A DNA stretch of 64,000 bases from Lepidodermella squamata (Eukaryota > Animalia > Gastrotricha), in contig JBLDXI010000040.1 in the NCBI GenBank assembly GCA_047495785.1, positions 186,001-250,000 on the forward strand, in the 5' to 3' direction. The translations under genes were made by a program, and so were the position numbers. Under the pieces are notes generated by a model. The model made no database searches, was not told the DNA's origin, and was given only the letters and a program-made list of their open reading frames with translations. This document shows positions 42,112 through 52,598 of this stretch, in pieces. Each line of letters starts with the position of its first letter. Positions within the stretch are counted from its first letter, which is position 1.

Positions 42112-42477
42112 CATAGAGAACGTAGTGATCAGAGAGGAAACTTCCTATCTCGTAATGGCAACGAATTAATTTTAAATTTCGAGTAAAAAAATCCACCATA
42201 AAAAAGTTGATAAATTCGAATTTTTGCTCCCCATTGTTTTTATGCGTAAAATTGCCAATTTTCACGAATTTTTTTCGGCGATGGGTCGTTTTTGAATCGC
42301 TAAAATTGTGATTGAACTGAGTAGATCTTCCTCTGCTCTATTCGCTGGACTTCCCCGTGTGTCTCGGAACGCATTTTTGGAGAAACGGCAAGGTATGTAT
42401 GATTGATCACTTTTAAATTTAAAATTAATTCGTTGACATTACGAGAAGTGTCCTCTTCGATCACTACGTTCTCTATG
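42112..42477. mobile_element. MITE with about 70-bp TIRs
   Basis: catagagaacgtagtgatc...tctcgtaatg.caacgaattaattttaaatt is mirrored at 42416-42477. Confidence 0.75.
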
Positions 42478-42749
42478 CTCGACTGTAAATGCGAAAAATG
42501 ACTGGATATTACTTGAAACATGATCCTCAAAGTCAAAATAATGAATTTCTATCGTGTTCCGTTGTTGTACCGGCTACCTTTGCAAATTTGAGCGCATGCC
42601 ACGCAAAAACCACTCGATAGATGGGCGCGCCTTTTTGGCTACTTTTTCAGAAAGAGAGAAAACCTTTTAATGGTATACTGTGTTATATACAAACTATAAC
42701 ATTGCCTTTGAGACACAGGATTATAAATTATTAAGTTTATAATTTGATG

Positions 42750-43190
42750 AGATTAATTGATGAATTAATTGCTTGATTGATTGATTAGTTAGCGTCTTTG
42801 AGTAGGTTGGCTATTTGAGTAAAGATGATTATTCAGGATCCTAATGCTATCCTTAAGGATTTGATGGGCCATATCAACAGCTGTACTTCTGCTGATTCCG
42901 TAATCTTGAAGTAATTGGATCGCTTCTTTGGTTAGCGAGCCCCGTGTGCCGATATAAAGGCCGTGTACTTCTATCGAGTCCAAATCAAAGGCTTCGCAGA
43001 TGAACTTGCTACACGGCTCGTAGATCGAACGCTTCTCAATGTCGACATCTCCGAATTGACCTTCTGATGATTCAAATCTAATTGTGGGGTCGATGATTGC
43101 TCCATGTCTGCTTCCTCTTCGAATTCGCTTCGATTCGCCTATTTGGACCGCTCGGATATCTGCTACGGTTATCGCAGGGCAGCACTTCAA
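42750..43190 (-). mobile_element. 3' fragment of an R2/NeSL/Utopia-type non-LTR retrotransposon (restriction-like endonuclease domain)
   Basis: ADI..AIIDPTIRFE..EKRSIYEP..GLYIGTRG..ILNNHLY* followed by a (TCAA)n-like tail. Confidence 0.75.
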
Positions 43191-44188
43191 AGTAGACCAA
43201 AACCGCTGTTTTTTCGAGAATTTTTAAGGCAGAGACCGTGAGGACTATGGCGATGAAACTTAGCGAAATGTTATATCTCAACGATATCTATATTCAGTAA
43301 AATTCCCAAGTGGTTTCAGAGAACCGCTGATTTGCGTGAAATGTTCAAAGTTGTACCGAATTACGGTAAACGTTATTTTGCGCGCAACAAAAATTATTTT
43401 CACAAGTTTTTACCGTCATCATCTCCGGATGTAATAGCCCTATTCTTACACATTTTATACCGTTCGAAAGAGCGAGATACGGCGCGTTTCACACCAGCAT
43501 TCAATTGGAATATCAATTAAAAATGGCGATGTAACATAATTTATCGGTATTCTTATATAAATTTAAATTCCAGCGCATAATTACCACAAACATTGATACC
43601 TGAAAGCTCCAAGCAGTTCAGGACCTATGAATTGGTATTCTCGATCCCCAAGTGTGTTATTGCAGCAAGGCCCATGCAAATTTCTTTACAACTATTTCAA
43701 AGTGATAGGTGACAAGTAAAAAGTGGGATTTCTGATGTAAATAAAGCGGCAAAGACAAAAGACATTTTACTTGTCACCTATGATCTTGAAATTGTTCGTT
43801 AACAAGCATAAATCCGAGGTATTCAACGACGCTAACGATATCTTGAACTACCGTCTTGAAAACATGTAAGAAAAATCAGCTTTGTGTAAGGAGTTATTCG
43901 TAGAAAGGAATGGCTGGCAAGTTAAATTACGGGCAAGCGATAATGCCGGTGTGGAATGAAATTTCATCGTTAAAAAATAAATAATGCGCGATGATATATT
44001 CTATTCATAATTATTCGAATATTATTGTTAATCTTATGATGCTAAAATAGGTTTTTTGCGGCGAGCGCGCGTGATGGAAATGACAGCTGAACATGCTCGG
44101 AGCTGCGCCAACTAAACGGCACACTGGAACGCAAGCATAATAGACAATTAATCTAGCGCAACTGATGAAATGATCGGCATCGCTCGCC

Positions 44189-44195
44189 TATAAAA
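44189..44195 (+). promoter_or_regulatory. TATA box of the repeat-peptide precursor gene
   Basis: TATAAAA about 115 bp upstream of ATG 44304. Confidence 0.5.
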
Positions 44196-44303
44196 CGTAG
44201 CTGGAAATGGTGAAATTTCCCAAATTAAAAAAAAAAACCAACGTTTCAACAAAAGCAATTTCCTCTTTAAAATATCCCGTCAGCCCTTTCATTCAAGCCC
44301 GAA

Positions 44304-44727
44304 ATGATCTGCAAGCTAACGATAGCAGCATGCCTGGTGAGTTTCTGCAATTGACGAGCGTATCATATAACTAATGGCAATGATAAATTTGTTTTGAAAC
44401 TAGGTAGCAGCGGTTCTTTCGAATCCGCTCGGGGGGACCATGAGGCGTGAGGCTCAGCGCCGTGAAGCTGGTTACGAAGAGGCTCAGCGCCGTGAAGCTG
44501 GTTACGAAGAGGCTCAGCGCCGTGAAGCAGGTTACGAAGAGGCTCAGCGCCGTGAAGCAGGTTACGAAGAGGCTCAGCGCCGTGAAGCTGGTTACGAAGA
44601 GGCTCAGCGCCGTGAAGCAGGTTACGAAGAGGCTCAGCGCCGTGAAGCAGGTTACGAAGAGGCCCAGCGCCGCGAAGCTGGCTACGAAGAGGCTCAGCGC
44701 CGTGAAGCTGGCTATCAGGAAGCTTAA
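44304..44727 (+). CDS. Secreted repeat-peptide precursor (118 aa): signal peptide, RR-EAQ, (RR-EAGYEEAQ)x8, RR-EAGYQEA
   Basis: Exon 1 44304-44336 (MICKLTIAACL|gtgagt) joins exon 2 at 44404 (aactag|VAAVLSNPLGGTMRR...) in frame with ORF 44440-44727. The 30-bp repeat units differ only at synonymous positions in this frame, except the last unit. Confidence 0.85.
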
Positions 44728-46094
44728 ATAATTTTAAGCGATTGCAACTGCGATTGTCATATTCCACTACAAGGGAAGAGACTTGTATAGGATTTCGCCC
44801 GGTTTAATTTATTCGTTGCACCCTAATTGCTCGCATAAATCATAATGCTCTAATGATGGCAGGAAAAAATCATACTTTTCTCCTTGCAATCATGGAAACA
44901 ATCGCTTCTTTAGGTCATCACTATCGCCTTACCTTGTGAATAAACAATTCAGTTAAAGGATGACGTTTCGCTCTCGTACTAATTTTGATGAGGTGTATTT
45001 GGGTGTATATGTTGCAGTGTTTGGGATTTTATTGAGATTTGATTTAAAATTGTTTGATTTGATTTTTGCGCAAAGATTTGATTCAGCTTTTCAAAAATTT
45101 CGCCAATGATTTTGTTGTCCTCGAGTCTCAATTTAACACTGAAAACGATTCGACCATCCCTATTTTTCTATGTAAAAATGGTGACCGATATTCATTTGAA
45201 GCCAAGAATTTCGCCGGTTTTCAACTCAATACAGTTGTCAATGCAAAATTGTCGCCTCATTTTCCAAAAACAATGTTGTTCAGCTTTTCGAGGTGGACAT
45301 ATTTAAGGGTAAATTCTTTCAAGATTTTAAAAGATTCGCCATGGTGTCATGGGCAGTTTATGGATGCCTGTGCTCAATGGCGCATACCTGTGGACTACTC
45401 GTATCTGATCTCAGCCATTTAGCTAGGATATGCCGTATACCCAGAACTGGAACTTGGAAAATTAATTCCAATCAATCCAAACAATCGGCCAGCTTTCGAT
45501 GAAATCGAAGAGAGCTCAGGCAGCATTGAATCCCAGAAATCGCAACAGGGCATCGATTGCGACATTGAAAGCAGGAAGATACAGAACAACGATACAGATG
45601 TTTCGAGCGATTCCTGACACCATGGCAAATAGCAGCCTTTCGTTCAAGAACGGATTTCGTCAATCCAGTTTTTCGTCGACTTTGAAAGCGCTCTGCTAAC
45701 TGAGGTGTTGAAGGGTCTTTTGACAGTTTGACAGCCATGCGAAGCCACCCGAGCAGAACCATCTTGCGTCCTACAGCCCAATTTTGCGATTCAGTAGCAG
45801 CAATTTGTTGAGCATGCGAGAAATGCGGGAAATTCGATGTGAAAAACAAACCAAAAACTCGCTAAGTGAAGAATGCGAGAACCATAGAGAATAGAGTTAC
45901 CTATTCTCTATCTATGATCTCCAGAAATTTTTACGAATGACGAGACAACATTTTATTGGACAAATTAATGAAAAATTCAGGTAGGACAGACATTTCATTT
46001 GCCAAAAATATGATTAAGCTGCTTCCGATAATAGTTCATGGTCGATCTCAGAGGGATGTCGAGAAATTATTTTCGAACTTTTTTTTTAATATTT

Positions 46095-47835
46095 TCATAA
46101 TTTAGTAGGCTCCGCGCCAGTTTCTGCCTTGATAAGAGCCGAAACGGGTAGAATTCCAGCCTCTAAGCAATCAGCCAGCGACAAATAGCCAACAGTTTCA
46201 GCCTGTTCGTTGATAACAAACGCGCCTCGTAGGCCGTGAGCCGACATTTTGACCACCGCATCCATAACATGTTCAGTTTCAAACAGTACACAATAGCCTA
46301 GGGTCAAGGCGCTACTACGGCCGAGCGAATTCGCTTGAATGAGCGCTTCATCCACGGTTAGATCGAGGCAATTCGATTTAGCGAGTAGGCGAATGTCGGC
46401 GTCGGTTATTGCGTCGATCAATTGACCCTGGTCGTTAATTACCCCGACGAGGCCAGCGTGGCTGTACAATAATTTCGGCATGGCTTCGGTTAATTTGCAT
46501 GACTGAAGGACTGTACATGGCAACCGAAGAGGATCCTGGAAAAAATCGAGAAATTCGTTAATATTTTCGATTAAAAAATTAACAAAATCGGTTATCGATC
46601 CAAAATTTATGAATTTCGATTTTTTATAGTTTGAAAATTAAATTTGAAATTTTGAAAAATTTAAACTTACAGTTGACATGATATCTTTAACGGGTCGGTG
46701 GCGCCACTTCGTGCGTTGAATGTGGTAGTCACGACTCGCCACGCCTCGCCTCGCTCGTTGGGTGCACACAGCGAGGGCGTCACCCAGGGCGGCCATGCAC
46801 TGGCTTGACGTAGTCGGAAAATTCGATAGCAAATGAGCCTCGGGTAAATCCGGAATTTCGAGCTAAAAATTCGAATAACGATTCAGCATAAAAACATTTT
46901 AATTATTAAATTTCAATTTTGATCTTTTAAAAATGCAATTTTTCAAAAAAAATCAATTTCACCGATTTTGACATTTTCAAAAAAAATCAGAAAATTTCAA
47001 AATTATTTTTAAAATTATTAAACTGAGTGAGTAAGTTTGAAACTTCAATAATTTAATATCATCATTTTTTAAATTTCTTGAACTTTCAAAATTCAAAATT
47101 TTCAACCAGTTGAAATTTTTTCAATTTTTCAAATTTTTGAGCTTACACAAATTTGCGCAAAATCGCCTAATTGGCTGCCTTTTTTAGCCGTAACAGCAAT
47201 TATCGCAACACCTAGCCGTTGAGCCCGTAAAAGCGCCGGTATCAATTCGGGGACTTCGCCACTCTGCGACAGCACAATAAAAGCGTCGCCCTGATTAATC
47301 GAGTCCAACTCGCCGTGGTAGCCTAGGTCGTCCGGGTGTAGGAAGAAGGCCGGCGAGCCTGTTTGAGCGAGAGCGGCGGCCAATTTTCGCTCGACATGGC
47401 CACCTTTCGACAAGCCGCTGACAATAATTCGACCTCGTAGGGTGAGTAAAACTTCACAGGCTTTGGCGAAGGAAGCGCCTAACAAAATTAAAAATTAAAA
47501 TTAAGGAGGACTTTTTAAATTGAAATTAAAATATATTAAGGTGGATTTTATTATGACCCAATTTTTTAGTAACCTATCATTGAGTTGGCCAAATGTCGCA
47601 AAGCTGCCGCTTCATCGTTGATAATGCGCCTCGCTTCACTGATTGCCGTGACGTGGTCAAGCGTGACGAGTCGCAAGGTTGGTTTCGGCGGTTTATTTGA
47701 CCTCGAAGCGGATGAAGAAGCGACCGATGATGAGTCATCAATGTATCTCAACCGATTGAGGCGTGAATTCAGCTGAAGCCAGTCAACCGAATCGAACAAC
47801 TGGCTAGCGATTTGATGCGGAAATTTATTCGCCAT
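46095..47835 (-). CDS. KdsD/GutQ/KpsF-family sugar-phosphate isomerase-like protein (SIS + CBS pair), 4 exons, divergent
   Basis: ARRIINDEAAALRHL..FAKACEVLL..GRIIVSGLSKGGHVERKLAA..TGSPAFFLHP..HGEL..LSQSGE..EAH..PTTSSQ..GDALAV..VKDIM..ITDADIR. Three GT-AG introns join in frame. Confidence 0.88.
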
Positions 47836-48357
47836 AATAACTACAATGAGCCGCGCGGAAAATATGATGCGCGTCCTCCGCCTAAGACTTTTGTTTATAA
47901 CGATGGTTTTTCGTGTTGTCAAGTGAAGAGGCTATCGCGACTTATATCAGGACAATAGGTGGTAAACATGGGTCATTAGTTGTATATGGCGATAAACACT
48001 CGCGCGTTCTCATTGACAAATATGATTGAGTAGCTGAGCGCGGATATTAGGTATCGCGTTACACCCCATAGGATTTGCACTTATTCCACCTTAAATAATA
48101 GAAAAATCGGGAGACTGTTGCAATCAAAGACGCGGGGCTGAAAATTGGGCACAAAACAGGTCAAAAACTCATCATTGGTTCAACAACGCCGCCTTAAAAT
48201 AAATGAGCTATAAAAATATTACCAATAATTATGGAAAATGCATAATAGCCGCACTCTAACGCAATAACCCGCATTTTGACACTTGCGCGCGCATAATATA
48301 ATATATTGCGCGCAATAATTTCAGCGCCTAATAAAATTTAGTGTGAAAATTGAATTG

Positions 48358-48700
48358 GCCAATCAGCGTGCGCGGTTAATGCGCGCGCGAACCAATCAGC
48401 GCGCTTAGAATTTTAGCGCAATAAAAATATGTAGCACAACTTAATGTGGTTGATTGAGCTATTAAATGTCATAATTTTAGAGTAAATCTGTCAAGTATTT
48501 GATTAATGGCGATTGAAACTAATCAAATTATGCAATATATCCATCAAATAAGCAATTAATCCATCAAATTTCGTGGCAGGTAGTCTTAAATGTCAGAAAA
48601 ACGTCGAAATTATGTCATAATGTCGAACAATTTGATGATTTAATTGCCCCAATTGAACTACGCAATGATTAATTGCGGTCAACCGCAGGGTATATAAAGG
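48358..48700 (+). promoter_or_regulatory. Candidate promoter: two CCAAT boxes and a TATA box
   Basis: ccaatcagcg at about 48359 and 48392; gtatataaaggg at about 48690. May drive the 49932 gene through a 5' UTR intron (donor about 48803, acceptor tttcag 49908). Confidence 0.35.
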
Positions 48701-49931
48701 GGCGAAATCGCGCTGTGAGCTCACTTGCGCATTTTCCGTTTTCAAATACACCTGAATTACGCCAGTTTAAAGTTAGCCCTACTCACTCATTTTCCCATCA
48801 CGGTAAATTCAAACACTCTGTGCGCGCATATTTCCAGCGACTAAAAAGTAGGTTTACGCGCGGACTAAATTATTGAATTTTTGTGACAATCATTAAAATG
48901 ATGCGCTCTATTTAAATTTGATAACCACATTGTGTCACCACCCGCCGTTAACAATAGGCGCGCGCGTTTTGACAAGGAGGCGCGTGACAAAACGCGCTGT
49001 TCCGCACCTCAATGAGAACACCCGCCGCGCATTTTATTATTAGAGATTAGTGGGCTTGTTATATATCAAAATGCTCCTAGAAACACTGGCTACTCAGCCG
49101 TGTCAACGGATTTTCTAGAAAACACGATTTAACGGACGTTACAAGACAAAAATGATGAGCAAATGCAATTTTTTGTATCTGCGAATTGTATCGCGATAAA
49201 GTTTTAATAATGTATTGATAAGTTGAAGTCTCTATTTCTCCAAGTGATAACTGGTATTACTTTTGTAGCCTTTGAGTCCTGAAATATTAGCGTCCCTTTT
49301 ATCTATTTTTGAAATTTTTTAATGAACCCTTTGCCCAATGGATATTTTATTTTCGCTATTTGGTGACCTCAGGTACCTTTCAATATTTTCAAGGATGGCT
49401 CCGCAGGCTGCTGATTGCTGATACTACAGAAATAACCGAATTGTAATATCGATATTGGTAGTGCAGCAATAAAAAATTGAATTTATCCCGCAGCACTAAT
49501 TTGAGCGTGTCCATCCATTTTTCTAATTTGATAGTTTAAATTTTGTTAAGGGTGCGTGAAATATAAAGCTTAAACTGTAACATCCACTCGCATATTTTTT
49601 TACACACTAATCGGTCGTTATTTATTATACCACCGCGCCTGTTACGCGCGCATGTCAATCATGTGCGCATGTCCGCATATTATAGTAATAAATAGGTAGC
49701 ACATAATGAACACCTTCAACGGTCATGCTGGTAACTTCGCACAAGAGCAATATAAATTTCAATTTTAATGACGTTAATTATAAGAATTTTAATCAAAAAT
49801 ATTTCTGAAAAATTTGCTATATTTTTATTTGGAGTAATAGGCTGGAAAATCCACATTTCCAACTGAACTGAAACGTGCCAGAAAATTTTATTTACTATTA
49901 ATTTTCAGTTTAAGCAATTTTAAGCTGTCTC

Positions 49932-50501
49932 ATGGATCCTAATTCTGAAAATTACACTGATGAAAACAACAATGAGAACGCTTCGCTCGCCAATAGCAAT
50001 AAAGCTATTGTGCCGGCCCGTCAACCGTTCCAGGAAATGCAAAATGCCGACCTGGAGTTACCGCCGCAATCACCGCCGAGCCAGCAACAACTGGTCCCAA
50101 GTCAGCCAAGCGTGACTGATAATAACCTGCCGGAAGAAGAGATAGGAGAAATTGTGCATTCGCCTCAGGAAATCAATGGCCATAGATGGATTCGAAGTCC
50201 AGTGAACTTCCAGGTGTCCAATAAATAAATTAAATTAAATTAGTTGGATAAATTAATTTATCAATTTAAAGCTATTTTTTACTAATTTTTCGCATTTTTG
50301 TTTGCCTATACTTCACAGTTGCAGGTCAACCTCTTAATTGAACATCAATTATACGAATTTGGTCCATATTTCCGATTTCGACTTCAAACAATCGCTCCAC
50401 AGGGTGAAACAGGGATTGTTGCTATTCCCGGGATATATCGATTGCGACTTATGATAATGACACCCTTTGGCGGCGCTTTATTGGATGTCGGCCTTGACTA
50501 A
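49932..50501 (+). CDS. Hypothetical two-exon protein (acidic/Pro/Gln-rich N-terminus, short beta-rich C-terminus)
   Basis: ATG 49932. FQ|gtgtcc donor joins cacag|LQVNLLIEH in phase 0. AATAAA near 50593. No family recognised. Confidence 0.55.
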
Positions 50502-50923
50502 CCACCCCATAAATGTTCCGCCATTTCACTGCTGAAAAACCTTATTTATTGTCTCCTATATAACCTATATAACCTGCATGTACTATTAACTAATAAACTA
50601 TAATCAATTATCCAGAAAATCAAAGATTATTGACTGAGGGTGATTTTCCATTGAGACGGTAGGGACCTTTCGAGGTAGGTTTCCATATGCTTGAAATAGA
50701 GCTCATTTTTATTTTCATCGGCCCATAAAGATTTTGAATTTATCCAAGTTTAGGGCTCCAAAAAATGGCTAATAGTCTAACCAAAAAGATTATTTTTTTT
50801 TACCAAGCCGTAAATGGTGAAGATGAATTTTAATCCTAAACGCCTACACATAGCTAATAATATTGCACCTGCACACGTTACAAGGGTGGCAAAGTTAAAA
50901 TTACATATCTCTTGGATAAAAAA

Positions 50924-52390
50924 ATGAAATTATTCCCAAGTCTCTTTGCTACTTTTTTGAGTTCATGTTACATTTTACCATCCGATGCAGATTTGGTAAG
51001 TTTTCTCGAGAGTTTCGAAAATTTATCGATAAATTGATTCGGTTTGCTTTAAGACGCGGCTTGAAGCTTTGGCAGTTGTCCCAGACAGACTAACCGATGA
51101 TGAAATTACTACCCTCGATAATTTGTACGATCGTCAGAAACTTTACCAATTCACGAAGCCTATGCTGATAGTCAGACATCTCAATTCTGAGGGCCATGAA
51201 GCAGTCAAAACTGTAATTTTTTTAAATTTTCTTAAATTTTCCTCGATATAAAAAAAATCAATTTAACCTGAGAATTTTTGAATTTTGTTCGATAAGAATT
51301 TTGTAATTTTTAGGATTTTTTTCTATGTCTTACAAATTTTTCTGAATTTTTTGAAGTTCAGGTTATTTTTTTTCAAGATTTTTCAAAATTCTAAGGATTT
51401 TCTGAAATATTTATGTACCTTTCCAGTATCTGGCTAATTTTTTCAAAGAGCGCCGATATGTGACTGAGGAGCACGTTTTCCAGGACCAAATGCCGAACGG
51501 GACTGAATTCACCGGGGCGAATATAATCGCAACCAATCGGCCTTACTCGCCTACAACTCGCCGTTTAATCTTATCCTGCCATTGGGACTCAAAATATCTA
51601 GCCGGTCTGCCTTTCATCGGCGCCATAGACGCCGCGCTACCGTGCGGAATGCTATTACTGATCGCCGATGTGTTGAGGCCGGTTTTTGCGAGACCGGTGA
51701 ATCAGCAGTTGCTTCGAAGGGCTAATGTGGCGCTGCAATTCGTATTTTTCGATGCCGAGGAGGCGATCGAATCGTGGACGGAAACTGATTCGATCTATGG
51801 AGCTCGAAAATTAGCGGTTAAATGGACTCGGTAAATTTAAAAAAATTTGAATTTTTTCTGATTTTTTTTAATTTTTTGTTAGCGAGAACCAAATTTCTGG
51901 CATTGACCTGTTGGTGCTGTTAGATCTGCTCGGTGCAACTGGTATTGACCTACTTTCACACTTTTCGCAATTGACCTAAATTTAATTATTTTCCATTTTT
52001 ATTGCCGCAGATTCGCAGCTCTCGTCCTATTTTAGCGAAACACTGCCATTCTTCGAAGCTCTAGGCGACGCTGAATCTCGACTCCGCGGCAAATGGGCAA
52101 ACTTCAATGACTCATCAGCAAATGCCCTCGCACCAGTTTTCAGCCCCGCGTTGAGTAGTTCGACGTATATTAAGGCGGATCATTTGCCGTTTTTGCGGCG
52201 CAGCGTGCCTATTTTGCACATGATTCCTTATCCGTTTCCGAAAGTTTGGCACACCATCAACGATAATGAGGCTAATCTCGATTGGGACCAATCCGACCGG
52301 TTGACCCGGGTTTTACTGATTTTCACCGTTCGACAGTTGAACGCAATGATCGCAGCTAATGGAATAACAAATAGCACACTTGTTTTGTAA
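50924..52390 (+). CDS. QPCT: Secreted glutaminyl-peptide cyclotransferase-like protein (M28 fold), 5 exons
   Basis: Signal MKLFPSLFATFLSSCYIL. Motifs LSCHWDSK, GAIDAALPCGML, FFDAEEA, DSIYGARKLA, VLLDLLGA, DHLPFL and PFPKVWHT. Confidence 0.9.
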
Positions 52391-52598
52391 AATAAAAAAT
52401 CTACCTTAAAATTTCTGAATTTTTTTATTTTTAAATAAACCACCGGTTAATTTTTTCAAGCGCGTTTAAACGAAATTTATACAATGTTGTAACAATCATC
52501 GGATTGATTGACTGCATCGCCGGGCGAAAAGTACAGCTATTTACAATTTATCACAAAGCACAAGCCATTAAATAAAAAGAAAATTCCTCAAAAATAAA

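Noticed and set aside
44363-44767. Alternative readings of the 30-bp repeat (minus-strand LHGAEPLRN repeats, other + frame, or a CRISPR-like array)
   Set aside because: Unit variation is synonymous only in the EAGYEEAQRR frame, which also gains a spliced signal peptide. There are no spacers, and the DNA is eukaryotic.
45066-45699. ORFs 45066-45422 and 45499-45699, possibly a decayed gene
   Set aside because: No ATG start with splice support, an in-frame stop, and no recognisable motif.
46095-47835. Bacterial contamination as the source of the KdsD-like gene
   Set aside because: Three in-frame GT-AG introns with the same AT-rich composition as neighbouring host introns.
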